DNA of 64,000 bases from Flavobacteriales bacterium (GTDB lineage Bacteria > Bacteroidota > Bacteroidia > UBA4408): contig JBEIDK010000002.1 of NCBI GenBank assembly GCA_040383485.1, forward strand, positions 7,766-71,765, written 5' to 3'. A program made the translations under genes and the position numbers. Below are positions 42,608 to 51,220 of this stretch, piece after piece. Each line of letters opens with the position of its first letter. Within the stretch, counting starts at the first letter, position 1. A model generated the notes under the pieces. The model searched no databases, had not been told where the DNA came from, and was given only the letters and a program-made list of their open reading frames with translations.

Positions 42608-43705
42608 ATGATACAAAAACTAAAACCAATTCATTACACTAACAGAGAATATTTCGACAAAGAAATTTTAGATATTTTCGAAAATAATTGGCAATTTGCT
42701 TGTATGAAATCTGAACTTTCAGAAAGATTTAGCTATTTTGTTGTTGAATATGGTAATAAATCCTATTTCGTTACAAATGCTGGAAAAGATGGTATACGTG
42801 CATTTAAAAATGTATGTTCACACCGTGCAAATAAAATATTTTTGGATGATTTTGGTAAGAGACCAATAATGTGTTTATATCACAATTGGACTTATAACAG
42901 TGAAGGAAAGCCAATTAATGCTTTTGCAAAAGATTTTTTTGAAACACCAGAAGAATCAGATTTGTTATTAGAACAATATGAAGTTCAAATTGTAGGGGAG
43001 TTTGTTTTTGTAAATGTAGGAAATTCTAAAATAACAATTGAGGAACAATTAGGCGAATTTCATAATAAATTGATTGAAATATCAAATGCCTTAGGAGTAA
43101 AAATTACTTATGACTGTAATTTGCATAAAGCAAATTGGAAGTTATTAGTAGAGAATGTTTTGGAATGTTATCATTGTTTACCGGTTCATAAAAATTCCTT
43201 GGTAGAGCGTCTTGGAGTTGGGCTAAAGCCTTTTGTGAAGTTTGAATTTTTCAACGGAAATTCCTCTGGTCATTTACCTATTGAAAATAATCAAGTTTCA
43301 GTCAAAAGAAAAAAAATACTAAATTACCTTGATAAGAGAGAATTTAAACATGATTCATATTATCATTTATTTATTTATCCAAATTTATTCATTTCATCAA
43401 CAGAAGGAATTTCTTTTTACATTGGCCATGCATTGCCTAATAATTTCTGCGAGACAAATCTTCGAACCCGTTATTTTGAATGTAAAATAAAAAATATTGA
43501 GGAATATAGAAATTATCAGGATTTTTTAAATTCTGATATTGTTAATTTCGGAAATGAAATTCTAAATGAAGACAAAATAATCATTCAGAATGTTCAAAAA
43601 GGATTGGAAATAAGTAATAAAAGTTTATATCTAAACAAAGAAGAGTTTAGGATAAAAGAATTTCAAGAACATTATTGTTTACAAATAAATGCGTATGATT
43701 TTTAA
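42608..43705 (+). CDS. Rieske [2Fe-2S] non-haem-iron oxygenase, alpha-subunit type
   Basis: 365 aa. The Rieske motif is CSHRANKIF-x-CLYHNW (CxH-x16-CxxH). The mononuclear iron motif is NWKLLVENVLECYHCLPVH. Confidence 0.8.
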   Translation: MIQKLKPIHYTNREYFDKEILDIFENNWQFACMKSELSERFSYFVVEYGNKSYFVTNAGKDGIRAFKNVCSHRANKIFLDDFGKRPIMCLYHNWTYNSEGKPINAFAKDFFETPEESDLLLEQYEVQIVGEFVFVNVGNSKITIEEQLGEFHNKLIEISNALGVKITYDCNLHKANWKLLVENVLECYHCLPVHKNSLVERLGVGLKPFVKFEFFNGNSSGHLPIENNQVSVKRKKILNYLDKREFKHDSYYHLFIYPNLFISSTEGISFYIGHALPNNFCETNLRTRYFECKIKNIEEYRNYQDFLNSDIVNFGNEILNEDKIIIQNVQKGLEISNKSLYLNKEEFRIKEFQEHYCLQINAYDF

Positions 43706-44450
43706 TAACAAATTAGATGTTAATAATAAAAACATCTTAATTACAGGCGCGACATCGGGTATAGGTTTTGCAACATCACAACTGTTAATAAATTTAGGAT
43801 GTTCACTTTATGTAGTTGGAAGAAATAGAGTAAAACTTGATGAACTCGAAACTTTGGGAAAAGGAAAAGTGGTTTCTTTACAAGCTGATTTAAGAAATAT
43901 TAATGATATAAAAATGATTATAGATACAATTTCTAAAATTGATGGTTTTGTTCATTCTGCAGGTGTAGTAAATAGTATTCCTTTGCAATTTATTAATCAT
44001 GAATCTCTTGAAATTGAGCGTTCTTTAAATTATGATGCTTTTGTGTTTTTAACTCAAAATTTAGTTAAGAAGAAAAAAATTAATTCTGATGGATCAATAG
44101 TTTCTCTTGCTTCAATTGCTGCTCACTTTGGTATAATTGGTAGTTCAATTTATTGTGGTAACAAAGCAGCTTTAATAGCTACATCAAAAGTTTTCGCAAA
44201 AGAGTTAGCAAATAAAAGGATTAGAGTTAATACAGTTTCACCTGGAATTGTCCGGACGGAAATGGTCAACAATGCTGAGGGACAACATTTAACAAAGGAT
44301 GCTCTTATTTTGGATGAACAAAAATACCCTTTGGGATATGGTGAGCCAGATGATGTCGCTTATTGTATTACTTTTTTACTTTCAGATGCAAGTAAATGGA
44401 TTACAGGCCAAGATATTATTTTAGATGGTGGTAGAACTTGTTATGTTTAA
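43689..44450 (+). CDS. short-chain dehydrogenase/reductase (FabG-like ketoreductase), copy 1
   Basis: 253 aa. Contains ITGATSGIGFA (TGxxxGIG) and SIYCGNKAAL (YxxxK). It overlaps the upstream gene by 17 nt. Confidence 0.85.
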   Translation: MRMIFNNKLDVNNKNILITGATSGIGFATSQLLINLGCSLYVVGRNRVKLDELETLGKGKVVSLQADLRNINDIKMIIDTISKIDGFVHSAGVVNSIPLQFINHESLEIERSLNYDAFVFLTQNLVKKKKINSDGSIVSLASIAAHFGIIGSSIYCGNKAALIATSKVFAKELANKRIRVNTVSPGIVRTEMVNNAEGQHLTKDALILDEQKYPLGYGEPDDVAYCITFLLSDASKWITGQDIILDGGRTCYV

Positions 44451-44461
44451 AAGTAAATAGT

Positions 44462-45514
44462 ATGGAAAAAATATTTAAAAATATTTCAATTTCTGGTATT
44501 TCTACAGTTGTTCCTGAGACTGTTTTGAATTTGGAAACATTAAGTTCTGTTTATGGGAATGATGATGTTAGGAAAATTATATCTACTACAGGTATTAAAG
44601 AAGTCCGTATTGCAGACAATGAGACAACAGCTTCGGACTTATGTTTTCAAGCAGCACAACATTTGATTAAGCAATTGGACATAGATAAGAACGAAATAGA
44701 TGGATTAATATTTGTTTCTCAGACTAACGATTATAGTTTGCCGCAAACAAGTAATGTTTTACAAAGTCGATTAGGGCTTAATGAAAATGTTTTTTGCTTA
44801 GACATCAGATTAGGATGTAGCGGTTATGTTGTAGGTTTATTTCAGGCTTCGTTATTAATCAATTCTGGTGCATGTAAAAATGTTTTGGTTTTAGCAGGTG
44901 ATACTACATCAAAAATAATAAATCCAAAAGATAAGTCTTTAAGAATGGTTTTTGGTGACGCTGGTTCGGCTACTTTTGTTAAAAGTGGTTCTGATGATAT
45001 AGGCTTTAAAATCCATAATAAGGGGTCAGGATTTTCCGAATTAATTATTCCTGCAGGGGGGTTTAGAAAACCAATTTCAAGCCTAACTTCCAATGAAATC
45101 AGTGATAAAGACGGCAATATTAGATCAGAAAATGATTTGTACATGAATGGTGCCGAAATCTTTAATTTCGCAATTAATAATGTACCTACTTTAATTGATG
45201 ATTTAATAAAAATTGCAAAATGGTCTAAAACAGATGTTGATTTATTTTTATTCCATCAAGCTAATAACTTTATGGTTGAATATTTAAAACGTAAATTGAA
45301 AATAATTACTGAGAAAGTGCCTTTAGGTGTAGAAAATTATGGAAATACAGGACCGTGCTCAATACCGCTACTTTTAAGTCATATATCTGGGAAACAATTT
45401 TCTTCGGACAAAGTTATAATGTGTGGTTTTGGAGTAGGATTATCATGGGCTGGCTGTTATACAAATTTATCAAAAACAAAATTTTTTAAAACAATTGATT
45501 ATATAAAAGATTAA
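44462..45514 (+). CDS. KASIII (FabH-like) 3-oxoacyl-ACP synthase / acyltransferase, copy 2
   Basis: Track ORF is 44438..45514. The ATG at 44462 gives MEKIFKNISISGIS. Triad: RLGCSGYVVG, FLFHQANNF, YGNTGPCSIP. Confidence 0.85.
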   Translation: MEKIFKNISISGISTVVPETVLNLETLSSVYGNDDVRKIISTTGIKEVRIADNETTASDLCFQAAQHLIKQLDIDKNEIDGLIFVSQTNDYSLPQTSNVLQSRLGLNENVFCLDIRLGCSGYVVGLFQASLLINSGACKNVLVLAGDTTSKIINPKDKSLRMVFGDAGSATFVKSGSDDIGFKIHNKGSGFSELIIPAGGFRKPISSLTSNEISDKDGNIRSENDLYMNGAEIFNFAINNVPTLIDDLIKIAKWSKTDVDLFLFHQANNFMVEYLKRKLKIITEKVPLGVENYGNTGPCSIPLLLSHISGKQFSSDKVIMCGFGVGLSWAGCYTNLSKTKFFKTIDYIKD

Positions 45515-45516
45515 AA

Positions 45517-45744
45517 ATGAAAGAATTATTATTATTAAAAATAAATGAAGTTTTAGAGGGCAAAAGCATGCCAATTTTAACAGACATTAATTCAGATACA
45601 ATTTTGAGAGATGGGTTAGGGTTGGATTCTTTTGATTTAGCTGAATTAACTGTTAGAATAGAAGAAGAAACAGATATTGATATATTTTCAAACGGTATTG
45701 TAACAACTGTAGGTGAAATATTACATATATTGGAGAATAATTAA
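45517..45744 (+). CDS. acyl carrier protein (ACP-2)
   Basis: 75 aa, acidic, with a Ser motif (GLDSFDLAELTV). Confidence 0.7.
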   Translation: MKELLLLKINEVLEGKSMPILTDINSDTILRDGLGLDSFDLAELTVRIEEETDIDIFSNGIVTTVGEILHILENN

Positions 45745-45758
45745 ACAAAAAATCTCCT

Positions 45759-46991
45759 ATGTTTTATATTAACGAAAACAATTCAGAATATTTTAGCTAC
45801 AAGGAGCTTGTAATCTACTTAAACGAGTCAGGAAGTATTATTACAAACCCTTACAAAACTTCTACTTTAGATTTGTTTAAAAATTTGATTAAAGCTTTGA
45901 TTCATAACAAAGATTTAATTTTATTAGATAATGATTTTACAGATACTGAAATAATTTCGCTTATTGGAGAAAAATATATTGAAAATGTTGTCTCAGTAGA
46001 TAGTTTAGGATTTGATAGTTTTAAATCATATTTACAGTTAATAATTGAATCTAAAAGTAAAATTACTATTTATACTTCTGGTACAACAGGCCTTCCAAAA
46101 AAAGTGGTTCATACTATTAGATCATTGACAAGAGAAGTTAAGACTGGATTAATTTTTGAGTCATCAATTTGGGGTTTAGCTTTCAATCCTACTCACATGG
46201 CTGGTCTTCAGGTGTTTTTCCAAGCATTATTTAACAATAACACCTTAGTTGATTTATTTAATATTGATACAAAAACCGTTAAAGAATCAATAATAAAATA
46301 TAAAATTTCTCATATTTCAGCTACACCAACATTTTACAGATTACTAAATAGTAAAGATATTATTTTTAATGGTGTTAAGTCTGTTACTTTAGGAGGTGAG
46401 AAGTCGGAAGATAATTTGTACAGGATAGTTAAAAGAATGTTTCCTTTTGCAAAAGTTAAAAACATTTATGCATCAACTGAGGCAGGATCCTTATTGAGTT
46501 CTGATGGTGAATTTTTTTATATTCCAGAGCGTTTGAAGGATAAAATTGTTATTAAAGAAAATGTACTTTATATTAATGAGTCATTATTAGGTAAAATGTC
46601 GGATCTTTTGATAGAAAAAGGCTGGTATTGTAGTGGCGATGTTATCGAATTTAAAAGTGATTCCCTTGATTATTTCAAATTGATTGGTAAATCAAATGAA
46701 ATGATAAATGTTGGAGGATATAAAGTAAACCCGCATGAAGTAGAATTAGAACTTAGGTGTATCGATGGAATTGACAATGCTTTTGTATTTGGTAAGGCTA
46801 ATTCTGTATTAGGAAATCTTATATGTGCTGAGATTGTTTTAGAAAAGGGCATTGAAATAGAAGAGACAAAAATCAAAGATATTTTAAGGGAAAAATTGCA
46901 ACAATTCAAAATTCCACGTAAAATATTTTTTGTTGATAAATTAAATTTAAATAGAACAGGAAAAATAAGTAGATCAAATGTTACAAAATAA
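45759..46991 (+). CDS. AMP-dependent ligase (adenylate-forming acyl-ACP/CoA ligase), short form
   Basis: 410 aa. Contains the AMP-binding core IYTSGTTGLPKKVVHT, YASTEAG, and GDV...GYKVNPHEVE...PR..TGKI. Confidence 0.8.
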   Translation: MFYINENNSEYFSYKELVIYLNESGSIITNPYKTSTLDLFKNLIKALIHNKDLILLDNDFTDTEIISLIGEKYIENVVSVDSLGFDSFKSYLQLIIESKSKITIYTSGTTGLPKKVVHTIRSLTREVKTGLIFESSIWGLAFNPTHMAGLQVFFQALFNNNTLVDLFNIDTKTVKESIIKYKISHISATPTFYRLLNSKDIIFNGVKSVTLGGEKSEDNLYRIVKRMFPFAKVKNIYASTEAGSLLSSDGEFFYIPERLKDKIVIKENVLYINESLLGKMSDLLIEKGWYCSGDVIEFKSDSLDYFKLIGKSNEMINVGGYKVNPHEVELELRCIDGIDNAFVFGKANSVLGNLICAEIVLEKGIEIEETKIKDILREKLQQFKIPRKIFFVDKLNLNRTGKISRSNVTK

Positions 46992-47712
46992 AAATATTTT
47001 AATTACTGGGTGTTCCAGAGGACTTGGTTTGGAAATTGTTAAAGAACTTTTACTTCAAGGTGCAAATGTATATGGTGTTAGTAGAACTCTTTCTCCGGAG
47101 TTTAATTTGTTAACTGAACAATATAGTGGAAAAGTTTTTTTTAATAAGTTTGACTTAATAGCTACAAATGAGGTTGAAGTAAAAATTTTTAAAGAATGGC
47201 TAAACAATAAAATTGTCATTCATGGTTTTGTTAATAATGCAGCTGTAGCATATGATGACATTATTACAAATATGAATGTAGTTTCACTTGAATCAATGTT
47301 TAAAATTAATGTATTTAGTCCTTTAATTGCTGTAAAAGCGGTTTTGCGTAATATGATATTTAATCGAACTAAAGGTGGTATTGTTCATGTTTCATCTATT
47401 AGCGTTCATACTGGTTATAAAGGTTTGTCGATGTATGCCGGCTCTAAAGGTGCTTTAGAAGCTTTTTCGAAAAACACAGCAAGAGAATGGGGTGAAAAGC
47501 AAATAAGAAGTAATTGTCTTGTTGCCGGATTTATGGAGACTGAAATGAGCGGTACACTTTCGAATGAACAAAGAGATCGAATATTTAAAAGAACTTCGTT
47601 AAAAGTTCCAACAACATTAAATTCGGTTGCCAAGACAGTATGTTTTTTATTGTCAGATGCTGCGGAATCAATAACGGGTCAAAATATTCATGTTGATTCA
47701 GGTACAATTTAA
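46978..47712 (+). CDS. short-chain dehydrogenase/reductase (ketoreductase-like), copy 2
   Basis: 244 aa. Contains ITGCSRGLGLEI and SMYAGSKGAL (YxxxK). It overlaps the ligase by 14 nt. Confidence 0.85.
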   Translation: MLQNKNILITGCSRGLGLEIVKELLLQGANVYGVSRTLSPEFNLLTEQYSGKVFFNKFDLIATNEVEVKIFKEWLNNKIVIHGFVNNAAVAYDDIITNMNVVSLESMFKINVFSPLIAVKAVLRNMIFNRTKGGIVHVSSISVHTGYKGLSMYAGSKGALEAFSKNTAREWGEKQIRSNCLVAGFMETEMSGTLSNEQRDRIFKRTSLKVPTTLNSVAKTVCFLLSDAAESITGQNIHVDSGTI

Positions 47713-47725
47713 ATAATTTCATGTG

Positions 47726-48862
47726 ATGTTTAATAAAATATGGCTCTCCTCACCGCACATGGGAGGCACAGAGCAAAACTACGTACACGAAGCGTTTGAA
47801 GCCAACTGGGTGGCACCACTAGGTCCTAATGTAAATGGTTTAGAACAAGATTTAGAACACTATTTGGGGAATAATGCTCACGTAGGCGCTCTGAGTTCAG
47901 GAACAGCCGCCATTCATTTAGGATTGATTTTATTAGGCGTACAAGCGGGAGATGAGGTTATTTGTCAAAGCATGACTTTTTCAGCTTCTGCCAACCCCAT
48001 TTTATATTTAGGAGCAACCCCTGTTTTTATAGATAGTGAAGCACAAACTTGGAACATTTGCCCAGATGCTTTAGAGCAAGCCATTCAAGATCGTATATCA
48101 AAAGGTAAAAAACCAAAAGCCATAATTGCGGTGCATTTATATGGGGTACCTTATCAAATAGAAGCCGTTAGAGCTATTGCAGATAAATATCAAATACCCA
48201 TTTTAGAAGATAGTGCTGAGGCTTTAGGGAGTTCTTACAAAGGACAAAAATGCGGTACTTTTGGAGATATTGGGGTGCTTTCCTTCAATGGTAACAAAAT
48301 TATTACTACATCTGGTGGAGGAGCAATTGTCACTAAAACAGCTACTCAAAAAGAGAAAGCCGTTTTCTATGCTACACAATCACGAGATAATGCACCACAT
48401 TATCAACACAGCCATATTGGTTACAATTACCGCATGAGTAATATTTGTGCTGGTATTGGTAGAGGTCAAATGGAAGTCTTAGACGAACATGTTGCTTTGA
48501 GAAGACAAATGCACGATTTTTATGTAGATATATTTGCTTCCATCGAAGGAGTCGAAGTTTTTTCTGTTCCTGACGATAATTATTTTGCTAATTATTGGTT
48601 GAGTGCCATTACTATAGATACCACAAAAACCAATGGTATAACTGCTGATACTTTACGCTTAGCCCTTGACGCTGAAAACATTGAATCACGCCCTCTGTGG
48701 AAACCGATGCATTTGCAACCTATTTTCTCCAACTATCCGTATTACGGAAGCAACGTAGCCGAAACTCTATTTGAAAACGGCCTGTGTTTGCCTTCCGGGT
48801 CTAATTTATCAGATAAGGATAGATATAGAATAGAAAAACTAATTGAGCAGGTGTTTGGGTAG
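47726..48862 (+). CDS. DegT/DnrJ/EryC1/StrS-family PLP aminotransferase (PglE/EpsN-like UDP-4-keto-6-deoxy-HexNAc 4-aminotransferase)
   Basis: The track start at 47723 is GTG, and the ATG at 47726 is preferred. Contains LSSPHMGGTEQNYVHEAFEANWVAPLGPNV and the PLP lysine region (SFNGNKIITT). Confidence 0.9.
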   Translation: MFNKIWLSSPHMGGTEQNYVHEAFEANWVAPLGPNVNGLEQDLEHYLGNNAHVGALSSGTAAIHLGLILLGVQAGDEVICQSMTFSASANPILYLGATPVFIDSEAQTWNICPDALEQAIQDRISKGKKPKAIIAVHLYGVPYQIEAVRAIADKYQIPILEDSAEALGSSYKGQKCGTFGDIGVLSFNGNKIITTSGGGAIVTKTATQKEKAVFYATQSRDNAPHYQHSHIGYNYRMSNICAGIGRGQMEVLDEHVALRRQMHDFYVDIFASIEGVEVFSVPDDNYFANYWLSAITIDTTKTNGITADTLRLALDAENIESRPLWKPMHLQPIFSNYPYYGSNVAETLFENGLCLPSGSNLSDKDRYRIEKLIEQVFG

Positions 48863-48901
48863 TCAATGAGTCAATGTGCCAATGAGTTGATTAGGGAATA
48901 A
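48862..48901 (+). repeat. octamer array (5 units) starting on the last base of the stop codon
   Basis: Units: gtcaatga gtcaatgt gccaatga gttgatta gggaataa. The TAG stop is at 48860-62. Confidence 0.8.
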
Positions 48902-49444
48902 ATTTTAATTTTATAAATAGTAATAATTGATTATCCTTATTTATTTTTGAATTGAGCGAAGCGACTTTATATATTTTACAATACTCTTTGTGTTCTTGGT
49001 GCCTTCCTAGTGCCCTTTGTGGTTAAGCTGTTTACCGAGTGACAAACAAATTGGACATAATAATCCACTTATAAGCACTTTAACGTACTATAACAACGCA
49101 CTTAAACTTTATTATATACCTTAAATGTTAAAAAAAAATAGTTAATGAGCCAATAATGTTATTTAGATATATAATAACGAATGATGAATTTTAACCACAT
49201 AGAAACATAGATTTAAAAAATAAAAGTAAGATATAGTAATAGTACTATTATTCACATAGTTTAATAGATTATTCTTACACGTACTCGAATAGAGCGAAGC
49301 GACTTCTTATATTTTCTTATATGCCTTATATGTTTAAATAAAATAGCAACGAGCCAATTTGCTTCAAAGTAAAACCGTAAGTAGCAAAGCTAAAATCGTA
49401 ACTCGCATCACAAACAACTAACAACGAATCACGAACAAAAAAAT

Positions 49445-49993
49445 ATGACTATAGAAACCACCTCCATAAACGATCTAATCATCATCAATCCTTCTGTTTT
49501 TGAAGACGAACGCGGCTATTTTATGGAGTCGTTTAATCAACAAAAATTACAAGAAGCAGGCATTCACATCCCTTTTGTACAAGATAACCAATCGTTTTCC
49601 AAACAAGGGACATTAAGAGGTTTGCATTATCAAAATCCGCCGTATGCACAAACCAAATTAGTGCGGGTATTGCATGGTGAAATTATGGATGTAGCCTTAG
49701 ATCTTAGAAAGAACTCTCCAACTTACGGGCAACATTTTGCAATTAAGTTATCGGCTGAGAACAAAAAGCAATTATTGATTCCGCAAGGTTTTGCACACGG
49801 CTTTTCGGTGATCAGTGAAACCGCTGTCGTGTTGTATAAATGCGATCAATTCTATAACAAAGCCAGTGAAGGCGGTATTCGTTTTGATGATCCTACATTG
49901 AACATTGACTGGGGCATCGATTTAAAAACAGCTATTGTTTCAGATAAGGATATAGAGTTGCCAAATTTTGCTGATTGTAATAGTGGATTTTAA
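49445..49993 (+). CDS. rmlC: dTDP-4-dehydrorhamnose 3,5-epimerase
   Basis: 182 aa. Contains FEDERGYF.E, RGLHYQ, KLVRVL.G...DVA.DLR..SPTYG and QL.IP.GFAHGF. Confidence 0.92.
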   Translation: MTIETTSINDLIIINPSVFEDERGYFMESFNQQKLQEAGIHIPFVQDNQSFSKQGTLRGLHYQNPPYAQTKLVRVLHGEIMDVALDLRKNSPTYGQHFAIKLSAENKKQLLIPQGFAHGFSVISETAVVLYKCDQFYNKASEGGIRFDDPTLNIDWGIDLKTAIVSDKDIELPNFADCNSGF

Positions 49994-49996
49994 TTA

Positions 49997-50050
49997 GCCA
50001 ATGAGGCAATTTGTCAATCAGCCGATGTGCCACTAGTCAATAGCCAATAC
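49997..50050 (+). repeat. degenerate octamer array (~6 units) 3 nt after the rmlC stop
   Basis: Units: gccaatga ggcaattt gtcaatca gccgatgt gccactag tcaatagccaat. Confidence 0.7.
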
Positions 50051-50326
50051 TAAAGCATTGTGAAACTTAGTGAAAACATTGTGAAACGTTGTGATACAAA
50101 AAGAGTTTAGCGTTAGGGATTGTGAGTTAAGAGATAAAATTCTAAACTTATATGTACTTATACCTAGTGAAGCGCCTTTTTAATATTACCTTATATGACT
50201 TATATGTTAATAAATATAACTAGGAGTCAATTGCCAATAAAAAAAATGTGCAACTTATTGTTAACTTTGCAAACGTTGTGATACAAAAAGAGTAAAGCGT
50301 TAACAATTACATATAACAAATAAACT

Positions 50327-50351
50327 TTGCGCCCTAGCGACTTCGCGGCAA
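50327..50351 (+). promoter_or_regulatory. GC-rich conserved box / potential stem-loop 5 nt upstream of the rmlD ATG
   Basis: TTGCGCCCTAGCGACTTCGCGGCAA. TTGCGC can pair with GCG(G)CAA around a 12-nt loop. It is a paralogue of the box at 34327. Confidence 0.45.
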
Positions 50352-50356
50352 AAAAA

Positions 50357-51220
50357 ATGAAAAAAATACTAGTAACAGGCGCAACAGGCCAAGTAGGAAG
50401 TGAATTGAAGGTATTGGCACCTCGCTATTCCCAATTGGATTGGGTATTTGCCGATCGTTCGGTTTTGGATTTGAGTGATTTGAAGGCGATTTCCCAAGTA
50501 TTAGATGAAATACAACCCCAAATCATCATCAATTGTGCCGCTTATACCGCAGTAGATAAAGCAGAAACAGAAACCGAATTAGCAGATATTTTAAATCATA
50601 AAGCGGTGGCGGTTTTGGCACAATGGAGTCATTCTAATGGATGTCAATTAATACACATATCAACCGATTATGTATTTGACGGAAAATCAAATATAGCTCT
50701 GACGGAAGAGGCCTCAACTGGACCAATCAATGTCTATGGACAAACTAAATTAGCTGGAGAGCACGCCTGTCTTCGTGAAAACCCTAATGCCATTATCATA
50801 AGAACATCGTGGGTGTATTCTAAATTTGGTACCAATTTTGTCAAAACCATGAGTAAATTTATGCAGGAACGTGACAGCCTGAATGTCGTGAACGATCAAA
50901 TAGGAAGTCCCACTTATGCTGCTGATTTGGCAAAGGCTATTCTAACCATTATTTCGCATCCGAATTGGCAAGCGGGAATTTATCATTATTCCAATGAAGG
51001 AGAAATCAGTTGGTACGAATTCGCTTTAGCCATTCAAGAAATAGGAGGTTTTCAATGCGAAATAACGGGCATTCCGAGTATCGATTATCCAACGCCTGCT
51101 CGCAGACCAAAATATTCCTTGTTGGACAAATCAAAAATTGCAACTACCTTTGCCGTAGAAGTGCCCGAATATCGTGAGAGTTTGCAGAAATGCATGAAGT
51201 TAATTCGCGTTAATTCGTGA
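50357..51220 (+). CDS. rmlD: dTDP-4-dehydrorhamnose reductase
   Basis: The track ORF starts at TTG 50327 inside the GC-rich box. The ATG at 50357 gives MKKILVTGATGQVG. Also contains STDYVFDG and YGQTKLAGE. Confidence 0.9.
   Translation: MKKILVTGATGQVGSELKVLAPRYSQLDWVFADRSVLDLSDLKAISQVLDEIQPQIIINCAAYTAVDKAETETELADILNHKAVAVLAQWSHSNGCQLIHISTDYVFDGKSNIALTEEASTGPINVYGQTKLAGEHACLRENPNAIIIRTSWVYSKFGTNFVKTMSKFMQERDSLNVVNDQIGSPTYAADLAKAILTIISHPNWQAGIYHYSNEGEISWYEFALAIQEIGGFQCEITGIPSIDYPTPARRPKYSLLDKSKIATTFAVEVPEYRESLQKCMKLIRVNS

Noticed and set aside
48902-49444. Searched the 582-nt spacer (and the 363-nt and 696-nt spacers) for a hidden small gene, tRNA or riboswitch.
   Set aside because: No ORF over 40 codons with a plausible start was found. 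There is no cloverleaf-like GC-rich arm pattern and no recognisable riboswitch core. The sequence is explained by degenerate copies of the same repeat modules (GAGCGAAGCGACTT boxes at 48953 and 49293, CTTATATG core at 49316).
50262-50269. TAACTTTG as an internal promoter for rmlD-rmlB-rmlA.
   Set aside because: It is a single TAnnTTTG match inside a repeat module, with no convincing -33 TTTG at the right spacing. Such matches are expected by chance in AT-rich spacers. It is mentioned only as a weak candidate under the spacer finding.
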